A DNA stretch of 64,000 nucleotides from the NCBI RefSeq assembly GCF_001194135.2, contig NC_068985.1, positions 31,439,547 through 31,503,546 of the forward strand, in the 5' to 3' direction. Each line of letters opens with the position of its first letter. Position 1 is the stretch's first letter. Both the position numbers and the translations under genes were made by a program. The DNA is from Octopus bimaculoides (taxonomy: Eukaryota). The notes beneath the pieces were generated by a model. The model searched no databases. It had not been told where the DNA came from and saw nothing but the letters and a program-made list of their open reading frames with translations. This document shows, piece by piece, positions 45,938 through 59,770 of this stretch.

Positions 45938-46294
45938 ACACACACACAGAGTCTAGGAACCCTGGGATGTGAGTCCTAGGATTTTGAAGAGTATGTAACC
46001 ACCTGTTAGCCAGTATTGTTCTCAGGTCTATTTTGATGCTGAGTAGTAGCACCTGTTAGTGTCCTAGCTATGGGTTAACTAGCTTGTGATCCAGTGGGAG
46101 CAAAGTACCCATAGTTCTTGTTACATCTTCTTTCTAGGAGAAGGTAAACTTGTATAAAAAAACTTTCCCCACTCAAAACAACTTAACACACAAGAACTTT
46201 TTGACTCTCAAGGGCTTATCAAATTTAGGAAGTGGTCTTACTTGGTCAAGAATTAACTTCCACCATGTCTATCTGTCTGTTTGTCAATGTGTGC

Positions 46295-46330
<36 letters not shown>

Positions 46331-46403
46331 CTGCACACATATATATATATATATATATATAATTAATATAAGCAGCTATGCACAATAGAGGAAAAATTTA
46401 ACC

Positions 46404-46563
46404 ATTACTAATTGTGACTGAGGGTACTGAATAGCACCTATATTGCTAGAAATAAGAGTTAAAACCCTTAAAGCTGCATGTGTGCTTATGTAGCTTTAAG
46501 GGTTTTAACTCTTATTTCTAGTAATATAGGTGCTGTTTAGCACACTCAGTCACAATTAGTGAT
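46404..46563. repeat. Near-perfect 160 bp palindrome
   Basis: ~76-bp arms (ATTACTAATTGTGACTGAG..CCCTTAAAGCTGCAT / ATGTAGCTTTAAGGG..CTCAGTCACAATTAGTGAT) around an 8-nt loop. Confidence 0.9.
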
Positions 46564-47833
46564 GATTATATATATATATAAGCAACAAGGATATCCAAAG
46601 TTAATGCAGTACGATCGTTTCATGTGACCCCATTTAATTAAGCAATGTGAACATTACATCAAATATAAAATGTAGAACAATCTTCAGCTGCACAAAGATA
46701 TAGAAATTTAATGAAATTACATTTAAACAGAAGGACATATTTTTATAATTAAATCTAAACTCTCGAAGTTGAAAGGAAGAATACAAAAAAATCATTTTGA
46801 CTTAGCCAGGCCATACAGGCTAGTAAATAATTCTAAGCAGATTTTTAACTATCACTGATTTTATTTGTTTTTTCGTTTCTGATTTATGGACTATCTTATC
46901 AGACCTAGTGATATATCACCTTATTTTGAAACTGTATGGATAATACCATACTTAATTCTGGTGCCTAAACTTAAGTACCATATTCACCTGAATCTAAATT
47001 TATATATATATATATATATGGTGCAGCCTGTGGCTTGCCAGTCCTCAGTCAAATCGTCCAACCCATGCTAGCATGGAAAGCGGACGTTAAATGATGATGA
47101 TATATATANNNNNNNNNNNNNNNNNNNNNNNNNNNNNNNNNNNNNNNNNNNNNNNNNNNNNNNNNNNNNNNNNNNNNNNNNNNNNNNNNNNNNNNNNNNN
47201 NNNNNNNNNNNNNNNNNNNNNNNNNNNNNNNNNNNNNNNNNNNNNNNNNNNNNNNNNNNNNNNNNNNNNNNNNNNNNNNNNNNNNNNNNNNNNNNNNNNN
47301 NNNNNNNNNNNNNNNNNNNNNNNNNNNNNNNNNNNNNNNNNNNNNNNNNNNNNNNNNNNNNNNNNNNNNNNNNNNNNNNNNNNNNNNNNNNNNNNNNNNN
47401 NNNNNNNNNNNNNNNNNNNNNNNNNNNNNNNNNNNNNNNNNNNNNNNNNNNNNNNNNNNNNNNNNNNNNNNNNNNNNNNNNNNNNNNNNNNNNNNNNNNN
47501 NNNNNNNNNNNNNNNNNNNNNNNNNNNNNNNNNNNNNNNNNNNNNNNNNNNNNNNNNNNNNNNNNNNNNNNNNNNNNNNNNNNNNNNNNNNNNNNNNNNN
47601 NNNNNNNNNNNNNNNNNNNNNNNNNNNNNNNNNNNNNNNNNNNNNNNNNNNNNNNNNNNNNNNNNNNNNNNNNNNNNNNNNNNNNNNNNNNNNNNNNNNN
47701 NNNNNNNNNNNNNNNNNNNNNNNNNNNNNNNNNNNNNNNNNNNNNNNNNNNNNNNNNNNNNNNNNNNNNNNNNNNNNNNNNNNNNNNNNNNNNNNNNNNN
47801 NNNNNNNNNTATATATATATATATATATCTGTG

Positions 47834-47880
<47 letters not shown>

Positions 47881-47999
47881 ACAATATTAAAAATAAATAT
47901 TATTCCAAAGTAGCCATAGCATTACCTTTAATTCTATAATTCTATATTTTAAGATGAACACATGTTTCAATTGCGCCAATTAGTAATTGTTGCATTTTC

Positions 48000-49600
48000 A
48001 ACCTGACTTTAAAATGGTGCAGTCTCTTCAAGGTCTTCACTTGATATCCCTCAGTATGGCCATTTAATGATTTTCTTTTATAAACTCTGCGTTGTATAAT
48101 TTAGAGCTGTCCATTAAGTCAGGCGCGAACAATCTCTAGTACAAGTTCTTATTGGATAATCATTTTCAGTCCATGATTTCAAAATCTTGTATAGTTTAAA
48201 TGATATAGAAGCCAAGCCAAAACAGACAATTGAAGCATGACGCAGCATATATGTAATATGTTTTCTACATTGGTGACCCAAATGTGATTAAAAAATGTCC
48301 CATTGTGACTTTAGTTTCCAGATATATCTCTTGTTTCAAGATTTGTTTGAACATTTTTAAAATTACCATAGAGGCTGTCTTATTTTCTACTTGTCATTGC
48401 AACATTTTCTCTTATATTTTCTGATGTAACATACATGGGTTGGGTAAAGACAAACCTTAAGGTGCACCATTTATGATTGAGATACCACCAGCTTTCCAAG
48501 CAGAGATCAGTTTCATCCCTTTGATCCTAATGATCCTACCATCTGCACAAGTAGAGGCAAAGTTTCTGAGGCACAATATATAACCACAAACTATGCACCA
48601 AACCTGTATTATAAAGCTTACTTCAACTAGAGTTAGCATTAGAGATGAGAGACCTGATAATGGCCCCAGCACCTACTGAAAGCTACACAACTTTAGAGAA
48701 AGAATTTATTATGCATACTTCTACTTCTCAACAAATATCTATGGTATCTTCTCTTTTCAGAAAAATTTATTGACTGCACATTATCTACATCCCACATAGA
48801 ATGCACCAGCTATCAGGAGATAACACATTAGAGAATGCTTTTTCTAACAATTATTTCTTTGTTGGTTCACAGCAAATATGTATCTCATTCTTGCATCAAC
48901 TAAGGATAATGTATCAATTGAATTGATGGACTAGACAGTGCAGGTTCCTTAGGCCTTATTCTCATTAATACATTTGAACTTGTTGCACCAGTACCTAACC
49001 TTACAATACAGAAGCAGTCAGAAGCAGTGGCTCTCAGCACTGAAGTTGTAAATTTGACACATTAGATGCAAGTACTTCAACATAGCTTCATCAGGATTGA
49101 CACTGAAGCTAAAGCAAAGGAAATAACAGGTTACATGACCTTTCATGTCAATGCTTAATGTAACATCAGTTTTGTAAGGCATGAGGAATAGCAATGCTGA
49201 TATCATTGGAAGCTCAGTGACAATGCTAGTAAGTGTATATCAAGCCTTGGTCACATGACAGCCACTCTCCATAAAAATGTTTAGATGGATGTTCATTACA
49301 AAAATATCTACTCCTATTCCCAGAACAGATTCCCATTGTAACAAAAATCTTTGCTAAGATCCAATCTGCTAACCATTCAATTCACTTGTAGTAGATCTAA
49401 ATCTTGTTTTCCCATTGCTCTTATTGTTACCAACCTTGTTTTCGCATCATTATTATTGCTAATTTTTAATCTGCACTGGAGACATAAAACTTGCCAGAGT
49501 GTCTTGTATCATGTTAAGCATGACACAATCAACTGCAGTTACGACCAGCAATTGTTGAGATAACTGACTACTATTAACTGAGCTGCCAATCAACCTGTCT
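48000..49600 (-). mobile_element. Heavily degraded LINE (probably CR1-like)
   Basis: More balanced GC, stop-riddled minus frames and a 5' motif TCAACTGCAGTTACGACCAGCAATTGTTGAGATAACTGAC. Class assignment is tentative. Confidence 0.45.
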
Positions 49601-50974
49601 CACACACACATTCATACAAATACTGTAACAAACACTTTTGTGTATGCTATCTAATCAGTATATGCTTGAAGTGACAGAAATTCAAAATATAAATTTTTGC
49701 AAAATGTTATAAATTTTTATATAAGCAACAAATACATTTACAATTTACCAACATTGCTAATCTAAAGTTTAATTTATAATATGTTTGCATCTTGGTTAAT
49801 TTGATCTGTTAGTGGCTATTATGTACCATCAAGTTACTGACTCCATGACCAGCCTTACTGTATGAGGGATCACCACATGTATGTCTTTAGTCATCACAAT
49901 GTAAATGAAGAAGCAATTTCAACAAGGTATGACTCTTCTTTCAAAAGCACCCAGGGATTGCATGTCCACTGAATAGCAACAGTGACTATGAGAGCAATTC
50001 ATTAATCATATGCATTTTTCATTATTCTTATATTCTTACATTAGTCTTACATCTACATAGGTCTATACATTTGGGACAATGAGAAAGCCCCCTATGTAAC
50101 CCCATAACTGGCTAAAAATAGTAACCATATATTCATCACATTACACCATAAGACACATTGGACTATGAAATCCTATTACAAGGTGCCTATATATATTAAA
50201 AAAAAAAAGTATATTCATGGCAGAAATGTATTTGAACATAGATTTACTGAATAAAGTTTGACCTGTTCAAGGTCAACTTAAAAACATTATATCATTATAG
50301 GTCTCTGAGCAAAGTGGTGTGCCCTTAGTATTTATTTACTGATAGCAAGTAACAGTATACACAGATTTGCATTGGGTCCCTAGACCCATAAGGCACCAAG
50401 GCAACTGCCCACTGCATCTATGCCTTCAGCCACCTTTGACAGTTAATTTTAAAACTACTATTTAGATAAAAGCATGTTCCTTTTGGAATATATTTAAAAA
50501 TTAAGAGATGAAGGAAGAAATGCATTTTACATAGACAATTCTGAATAGATCCAATATTTAAAATGAATGAAAGCATTATGATTTTTGTCACAAAAGAAAG
50601 ACAAAAAAATCAAAAACACACCTACTGCAACCTTATTTAATTCTAAGCAAAAGCTGAATAATTTCAGCTTACTAACACATGTTCAAATTCATTCTCACGA
50701 ATCTTTAAGATTAATAACCTGATATATATGCTGTGATGAATAGCTATTTCTGACATAAGTCAGTGACATATGACATCACATGTTGATAAACAAATTAAAA
50801 ATATTATCTTCACCCATTCAAACTGACTTACAAACCTTTATGTATAGTTTTTGTCATCTTATTTAATCAGTCAAATATGTTTTAAACTCTGTTCCCATTT
50901 ACTACAGGTATATATTCATGTTTATGTTTTTGTGTAATGAAGCACAAACATAAATAATATTTATATATATATAA

Positions 50975-53246
50975 CTAGCAGGAGTTCCCGGCGTTGCTCG
51001 GGGCTGAATTGCTTTAAAGTACTGTTAATGATTCTACTCAATTATGATTATTGAGGCAAAGATTGATATAAGTTAACACCCAACCAATCGATTTGCAACT
51101 GGATAGAAAGCTCTGCAAAGAGCATTGCAACACTCTAAGAAGGGGTAACAATAGAATGTGAGGTGGCCCTGAAAAGGCTGTGTTATCATTCTCACAATTG
51201 TAACAATTTGGTAGGTAGTCCTGGAAGGGTGTGTAAAACGTTCGCAGATGAATACGGCATGTTCCTTTTCCACCAACGGCAGCGGACGTGCTGCTACAAA
51301 ACTTCATGCTCTGTGAAAACAGAACAGATGCCCTATGGAGGAAAGAGGGGGGATTAATCATACGGGTAAGTTTGAAAGCATTCAACAATAGCACCTACTC
51401 ACCATATATCAGACTGGCAAGAGTGTAGTGGTGCTGAATAGATGAATCACAACACCTCTGTCATGGAGATGTTGTGTAAAATGACCTGTTACTTTCGAAT
51501 ATTTTGTATTTGATGTAAAATGTAATGGTGTAAAATATAATGGTGAGTGAGGATGTATGTATTTAGTTTTATCGACTTTTGAAGTTTTGTTATTTGATGT
51601 AAATTGTAATGGAGTGTAAGAGATAGTTACTTCATGTAATTATTTTTATCCATTTGTTTCATTGATTGCCGTTATGATTACATTTGTTGTATAAAATGAT
51701 ATGTTGCTTGGTTTTCAAATTGTATGTTGTGATCCTGTTGCCGCTGATGTGAACTGTAATGTTGAGAGAGGAGATGGAAGTGGGGAGATGTTTCATGTAT
51801 GTGGGATGTAGAAGATGAGGCTGGTATGTTGACAAAGGGAGGGAAATAGAGCTGAGCGGAAGCCAGGTGTTGGTGAAGTGTGAAGTAATTGCAGGGAACC
51901 ACCTAAAAATGTAAATGTTGTCATAAAAGCATTGTTGACTGTTTGAGAATCGTATGGAAGTGAAATAGTAATGTGTCCGTGTTCCTCCGATGCCTGCTGA
52001 ATGGGGGTTGGTGAGGAAGAACAGCTGATTTTTGAGCAGGGCCTGATTTTTAATGAAGCTTGTAACGCCGCAAGAATCAGCCTTTTTACAGCTGATGGTT
52101 GGGAGTGTCAAGTGCACTGCAATGAATATTAACCTACACCTACTTAGAAATTACTGACAAAAAGGCAAAAAATTTTTTAAAAATTAGAAAAAGTTATAAA
52201 ATTAGGAAGTGAAGTAATCCTATAAAACCTCCTTGTACACAATGTTTTTTTTGTTTTTCCTTGTGGAATGAATGCAAAAGCATCACTCTTGCTGCCCACA
52301 CACAAGCAGTCAACGGAAAGCTGACCATGAGAGAAACACGGCTCCCCCAAATGTATTCCCGCGACAGACAGCGTTTGCCCCTGTGCTTNNNNNNNNNNNN
52401 NNNNNNNNNNNNNNNNNNNNNNNNNNNNNNNNNNNNNNNNNNNNNNNNNNNNNNNNNNNNNNNNNNNNNNNNNNNNNNNNNNNNNNNNNNNNNNNNNNNN
52501 NNNNNNNNNNNNNNNNNNNNNNNNNNNNNNNNNNNNNNNNNNNNNNNNNNNNNNNNNNNNNNNNNNNNNNNNNNNNNNNNNNNNNNNNNNNNNNNNNNNN
52601 NNNNNNNNNNNTGTGGCGACTGGGGCGATTTCTCTTTTACGATGGCATTGATTGTCTGAAAGAAAGGGTGAAAGTACTGAGAAATTGTCTTGGAAAGTAT
52701 GCGTAAAATTGAAGGGGGAAAAGGTGACAAGAAACGGCAAACAAATAAATAAACTGACAGGCATTAGTATGTATGTGTGTATGTATATATATATATATAT
52801 ATATGGTAGTAAGTAAATGTGTTTTAAAAATGATTTTCAAGAAACTCACAGTTTGTAGGGAATAAATGTTTGACTGTCGATCGTATTTGGAAAAGACTGA
52901 CAGATATTTGTATGTATGGGTTTATTTGTACGTATGTATGTAGTTTCACTTTAATAGTTTCAGTATTAAAGTAAAACTATTAAAGTGAAACTGTCTGACA
53001 TTAGAATAGAGAGATGTTATTGTTTCACTTTTGACACGTAATACTGCAATAGTGGAGGAGATGTGATATTGCACTGGGCTCGCACTAGACAAGAAATTAA
53101 AAATTTTTTGGCCTAAAACACTACCTGGACGCTAAGTAAGGCATGTGTAAAATTTGAATGAAATTGGTTGTGTAGTTCTCAAGTTTTAGGGATTCACACA
53201 GACAGACTCACAGACACACATTCTCATCTGTATATGTATAGATAGA
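50975..53246 (-). mobile_element. Helitron with intact termini and RepHel helicase remnant
   Basis: Minus strand: host A|TCTATC 5' end (53246). The 3' end has hairpin CCCGAGCAACGCCGGG, then CTAG|T (50975). No target duplication. Confidence 0.88.
52230..52388 (-). pseudogene. Pif1-like helicase C-terminal motifs of Helitron RepHel
   Basis: AQGQTLSVAGIHLGEPCFSHGQLSVDCLCVGSK versus consensus KAQGQTL..G..L...CFSHGQLYVA.SRV. Confidence 0.85.
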
Positions 53247-55067
53247 TGCACAGAGTACTTATATTTATAGAATAAATCACTGAGATAAATTATTCATAGA
53301 TGCCACTGATATGGAGGACAATAATCAAATTAATGTTAACAATGTAGAGAAGAATTGTGTAATAAGATTTATGGCCTGCATTCTTCTTGATTAGTTAATG
53401 AATCATTATTTCAGGAAGTACACTAAAGTCTATACTTCACCCAGGAGATTTAAAAATACCAAAATATGTTCAGAGCTGTCTCCCATATTTACTAAAATAA
53501 TTAAAATATTAGTTATTGATCTAATGTGTTTTCACCATCCAATAGTTATTTTTCATATTCACAACATTAAATATATCAACACTAATTTTAAAACTGTTAT
53601 GCAGAGAAAAGCATGTCACTCTTTAAATTTATTTGAAAATCAATAGATGAAGGAAGAAATACAATGTATGTTTATATTTGCATGAATTCCATAACCTTAT
53701 TGACTGATATTCCTGCTACTCTGTATTTTCTTTCTAACAATGTAAGTTTTGATTGAGGATCAGGAATTAATAAGAAACAATCAAATTTCAAGTAATTAGT
53801 TCTAAATTTTCTTTGCTAATGAATTTTATTGTGATAATTATTTAGAAAATCAAATAGTGTATTAATGTGAAAATATTGTATGAGAATATGTACAATTCTA
53901 TATGAGAAACCTTGTATTAGAATCCACAAAAGAAATAATGAACATGAAAATTAAAAGCATTTAGTTCTACAAACTGCAAAAACAAAAATAATATATCAAA
54001 GAAGGAAAGAAAAATGAAAAAGAAAAGGATAAGTCATATACTTTAATCTGTAATCTAATGACGTAAGTTTATCCAAATCTTTTTATTTATCAGCTTCTCT
54101 ACTCTAATTGAAGAAGATAAATTTTATTGTATTACTAATTGCATCATTTGATAGATTGACTACTCTCACACTCCAATTAATTTCTCGTTTATACATTTCA
54201 TGAGAGATTGATACTTAAAGTTATTGTAAATGATCTCCTGTTTTAAAGGCAGCAAAGCTTCCATTCTCAGGTCAGGTGATCTATCAAATGGCACCTAATA
54301 TGATCTTAAATCTAATGCAAAACAACAATGAAGGTTGTAGTTATCGAGAAACATTTATTTATATTTTTTTGTATTTGGCAAGAAGAAGATTATTTATCTT
54401 CTCAAATCACCTACTCTTGTATTATGAGAAGAGAAATAAGTTAACTCTGATAGGATAATTTCTTGAATTACTATCTAAAGAAATGCTTTACATTCTTTTG
54501 AAATTAATGACTAATGGCTAGTATTTGGCGGATGAAAAGACATCAAACTGTCCACCAGATTCTGTTTATTTGCTTTCATTGAAAAACACTTATGTTGAAC
54601 ACAGTTAAAATGTTAGAGTTCAATTTCAGCTGCTCCACTATTGCAGAGATTGATTTAATTTGTATAACATTTTTTATAAAAAAAGAAAAAATTAATAGAT
54701 ATGCTTGTATGAACAACCTTTAGAGGATATGATTTTTGCTGTTATTATGGTTTAAAGATATTTAAAAAAACAAATATCCAATGCTTATATTTCAAGCATT
54801 AGTTAGTTTAATCCTTTAGTGTTTAAACCGGCTGTATCCAGCACAAATATTCTACCCATTTTATGCTCAAACTGGCCAGGACCAGCATCACACATCTATC
54901 CTGCTATGTCATTCTAAAAATAAACAATTGCATCTTTCAAATCTTGAAGCTACAAGATAATACCAGATTATTTTTTTTTAATGTGCATAAAGAAGGATTA
55001 CGTTTGACAAAGTAATCTGAACACTAAAGGATTAAACTAGCATTATCATACTACAATCTGTACTTAC

Positions 55068-55235
55068 AAATTTAGACAAGCAAACCTGGAAAATACCTTT
55101 GTCTTTTCTGGTAATACAAATTTCTAGAAGTGTTTGTTTTTGTTTGGAATTCTATCTGCAGCAATATTTTTCTCAATTATATGAAATAGCAAAGAACTTA
55201 CTTTAGGACAATTATGTTATCTTTATTTTTCTCTT
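55068..55235 (-). CDS. Two candidate micro-exons (55235-55202, 34 nt; 55085-55068, 18 nt), joined reading EKNKDNIIVLKFACLN
   Basis: Both have pyrimidine-rich AG acceptors (TTTCTTTGCTCTAATAG, GTATTTTCCAG) and GTAAGT donors. They are phase-compatible across a 116-nt intron. No family recognised. Confidence 0.4.
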
Positions 55236-56269
55236 CTATTAGAGCAAAGAAATATATATCATAAAGTCCTTGTCATCAAATGAAATGTTAAATCCACATC
55301 AGAATTAGATAAAGAAAAATAATTAAGTATTGGATATTTATTAGGATTTCTTTTGATAGTTATTATTCCTTAAAGAGTAATTATCTAAGTTATTATTTCA
55401 AATGATAGATGATTTTTAAAAGGGTTGGGGTTAGAAAGAAAACATAATTTAAAATGATATTTCCAAATGCAGAAAATATATTCAGTTGCTAAAATTTAGG
55501 AATCAATAAATAAGCAAGTCCATCAAATTAAAGATTGAAGAATTTGCAATTATTGAAGCACAAATATTCATTTTTAGTGGCTTAAACAATAGAGAAGGGT
55601 AGCATTGGTGACTGGTGGGAGGAAGGGAAGGATTTCTCCTCAGACTAGAGATCTGGCTTGAATGCTTGCAACATTATTTCTCATAAAGATACCCAAGGAT
55701 CAAGTAGAGGTGTTAAACCAGGCAACAGATTAAATCTACCACAGAAGAACATGACTTCCAAGTTTAGTTGACATGTGGCCATGATGGAAGAAACATGCCC
55801 AAGGTGCTGTACTTTGGGATTGAAATCAATGCCATGTAGTTGTAAAATATATTTCTTAATCACACAGCCATGGCTACACCTATACTTAGAACACAATTAA
55901 TCATAGGCCTGATGAAAAGGAAAGTGCAGTTTTAGAGCAGATAGGATGAACATATTAAGAACATACTTGATCATAGATCTGCTGGAAAGAGAAGTGGAAT
56001 GGTGTAGTGTATAAATTGAAAACCTTATTCAAATATTTAAAGGGGCTGTTTCATTCAAATATTTCATTCACAGGAAAAAAATATTTGGTAGAATTCTAAG
56101 ATATACTGATAATTACTTTGATCAGTATCATCCTTATCATATAAAGGCATATTCAATATATATATGATTTATGTAAAAGAGACAAAAATTTGAGGGGAGA
56201 AAAGAAATTGATATAACTTTCTATCAGTTTTGATGATGAAAAGGCAATTGTTTGATCAACTAAATTATC

Positions 56270-56545
56270 TGTCCATTGAATGCATCTGTAAGTGGCTGAC
56301 CATTCCACAGACATGTATACCATTAATGTAATCTTCAGGTAGAATCAGTGTGACATGGCTTAACTTTTGAAACACCAATACAATCCATTAAACAGGCAGC
56401 TGTACAGTTTCTGTCTCTCCAATTTCACTCACAAGGTTTAGGTTGATCCAACATAATAATACAAGGCACCAAAGATTCTATGCAGTAAGTCTGAACACAG
56501 AACCTTGTGATTGTGAAGCAAATTTCTTAACCATTCAGCGAAGCT
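56270..56545 (-). mobile_element. Degenerate tRNA-derived SINE
   Basis: Similar to the 19150-19487 and 15141 families; head remnant ..AAATTTCTTAACCATTCAGC. Confidence 0.55.
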
Positions 56546-58019
56546 GCATCTACTTAGAGGGTGTACATGCAGAATAAATCTGTGTATGTATAATATGTAC
56601 AATGAACTATTTTATTGATTCCTAATTGGAAAAATTGCCTTTTCTCAACTAAGATTATTTCAAGGTCGAGAGCAATAGTTTTGATGCACATGTGATGCTT
56701 AGATACCTTATATTGTCTACTTTGGTACCATACTTTTTATATTTTCAAATGTGTCTAGTGTTGAGTTTGCATATCAGTATGTATAGAGAAGAAGTGTAGC
56801 ATATTTTTTCCTCACATCATATAAAAACTGTTATTGTATTTCTCACATGAAACAGAATTGCTATATGGTTATCAAACAGTAATCTACTGTTGAATTAGGT
56901 GTCTGATAAGCAATTTGCTAAGTAAAATTTGTATTTAAATAAATACAGATCATGCTGAAACTGAATAGGTGTCTGACTGAATAAAGAAATTCAGGCAACA
57001 ACAAAAATGAGGCTATGTGCAGTGAACAAAATGGTGTGCATACAGGAAAAAAGTGGAGTTCAATATAAAATAATGTATATATAGTTTAGTGTATAATGTC
57101 AAAGTCACATAGTGGACATTATAAAGAGAAATGTAAGTGGAAAAATATTTCTTGACATATACTGAGAGAACATTTCAAATACTAAGAATGTATGATAAGT
57201 AAATATTCAGAATTATGAGTGTATGGTTGAAAGAGTGTATATGTGTGAGAGAGTGTCTGTATCATCTTACTGTGGTAAACTCTGATACAAATGAAAACAA
57301 CAAAACAAAACAGAAAAACAATACTGTTCATATAAAAAAAATAAAATTAGCTCAAAAAGCTACCAATGCTCCTAATGATAAACAACACAAATTAAGAGTG
57401 CTCTATAGATGTCTATTAATGATTGGTCCAAAATTATGCTAAACAGATCCATGTGACATGCAGGTAGAAATGACTACTTGGCACCTGCTTTGAAGTTTGA
57501 TTTTGACAACTAAAAATGTCATGCAATGCACAAAACTTAATAGTTTGTATGAGTTTTATTTTCATTCCCAGTGCAAGCAGCTGAAAATATTACTATAAAA
57601 GTAACAAGCATCTGCAAGAGTAACACCATAACATTTTAACTAAATTGTAGTGAAATTTAATTGTGAAACTAGTTATGAGGAGCAGCTTCAGGATCTGTGA
57701 CAATTGTTTTGAGAACCTTCAGCTGAGTCTTTTCTTCATTTGTTTTTCACTTATGATTTGGCAATAATTTCTTATATTTAATTAGAACCATTAGTGAAGT
57801 GATGTCAGGCATTTTGATTTGCTGACCTCTTTACTGTAAGATTTCAACCTCATGTTTGTGACTAAGTGATGATGAGTGTTAGTATCAGACATTTGACAAT
57901 TAAAGCAAGGATTTAATTCTCTGATTTGCTATTATCATGACAACATTAGTCTTTCTATATTCTAAGCTTAAATTTCACTAAAGCTAAATTTCCTTTAATG
58001 TCTATGCAGTTTAAACTCT

Positions 58020-58190
58020 CTGAGTACTACACCCTCTGAGTGGTTGGCGTTAGGAAGGGCATCCAGCTGTAGAAACTCTGCCAAATCAGATTGGAGGCTG
58101 GTGTTGCCATCCGGTTTCACCAGTCCTCAGTCAAATCGTCCAACCCATGCTAGCATGGAAAGCAGGCGTTAAACGATGATGATGATGATG
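58020..58190 (+). mobile_element. RTE-type SINE/LINE 3' end
   Basis: GAGTGGTTGGCGTTAGGAAGGGCATCCAGCTGTAGAAAC..CCCATGCTAGCATGGAAAGCAGGCGTTAAACGATGATG. Other copies at 18651, 45555(-), 47020 and 60830-61100(-). Confidence 0.88.
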
Positions 58191-59589
58191 CAGTTTAAAA
58201 AAACAAGCATGCAAGAAATATACTGTGATAATTCAATCATGACTTCCTTCTATAAAAATTAGCCTTGTGCTTTAGGAAGAAGTCATTAGTATGACAACAC
58301 CATTGTGTGCAGCTGTCTTCATGACCTTAGCTCTCAACACCCTTTAGTGATCAAAATTTATCCAGTAACATTCATTTATAAGTTTTCATTTTATTAATGA
58401 ATTGTGTTACAATAGACATTCATAAACGGTATGATGACTCTTTGCTTCAATAAAACTATAACTTCCAGGCCTAAACAGATTATCTTCTGAGCTTTTTGAT
58501 AATTTTTGCCAATGGTGATCATATCACTAGCTCCATGGATAAAATTTGGGTGGCATTTTATATTTGTTCTTCATAGTTTCCATAACATGATGTAAATGAG
58601 TCTTTATATGTAGATTACTTTTCTCACAGATTGTGCCCAGCTGACCCTACTAAACTGTGTAGTCGACACAAACACAGTACATGCACGAAATTAAAAATAT
58701 AAAATGGTGACAATTTACTCATCACACCCTGTTTGTTGTATTAGGAATGGAATTATGTCAGTATAGCCTTTAGAATGATAAAGTCAGGCCAGTTCACAAA
58801 GACCTATTGGATCATGCTGGATTATACATGCCATAGTATTTATTGAAGTGTTATCCATTGTTAAGACTGCTTTCAGGGTTCTTGATGCCACTATTCAAGT
58901 TTGATGAACGAAGGCAAAATAATATTTAAGCAATTGCTAAAGCAACTGAAAGGAAAAAATTGATGCAGTTGCTATATTTGTGCACCTATCATGCAAAACC
59001 TGTGCATTTGTCATCAAAATCTTTTCTTCATAAATGTAAATGTCAAAAATTCTTGATTAAGGTGATGTCCCTGCAAAGCTGTAGTCTAATGACTGACACA
59101 AGTAAAAAATAAAAGATACCACATGATTCAAAAGGAAATAAAGAATAGAAATATAATATCAGTTCTGAAGAACTTTGAGTACTATATTATCACTAAATTT
59201 TTGTTTAAATAACAAGAACAAAATTAAATTGAGTTGAGTATAAAGAATCTAATGGTACTCCAAATAACATCACAAATGCTCGATAGATATAGCTTAAAAA
59301 ACATGACAAGAAATGCACTGCATATTGCCACAAAGTGGCAATCCTATTTCCTGAAGTAAAGAATATTAACAGCAACAGAGTGTGTAAGCTTTCTTGGACA
59401 AGTGACTGATAGATCACATTGCATTTTACAGGTCATGTATATGCAATTTCAGAATAAAAGATAACTACAAAATATTTTATTAACAAAAAAGATATTGAAA
59501 CCTCCAAAAATCTGAGCTGTTACATGAAATGGTGACTGGAGAATATTTTTTCTGTAGGAGATATAATGCATATAATGATTTCCAAATTT

Positions 59590-59770
59590 TAGGTGAGGGA
59601 ATAAGTTGATTACATCGACCTCATAGTTCAACTGGTACCTATTTTATCAACCCTGAAAGGGATGGAAAGCTAAGTCTACCTCAGTAGAATTTGAACTCAG
59701 AATGTGAAGACAGATAAAATGTTGCTAAGCATTTTGCCTGGCATGCTAATGATTCTACCAGCTCACTGCC
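59590..59770 (-). mobile_element. SINE (same family as 28560-28805)
   Basis: TTCAACTGGTACC..GAAAGGGATGGAAAG..GAATTTGAACTCAGAATGT..CTACCAGCTCACTGCC. Confidence 0.75.

Noticed and set aside
50730-50782. C/D-box or pre-miRNA-like segment TGTGATGA..CTGA..CATCACA
   Set aside because: Boxes C and D are only ~11 nt apart and the central stem pairs poorly.
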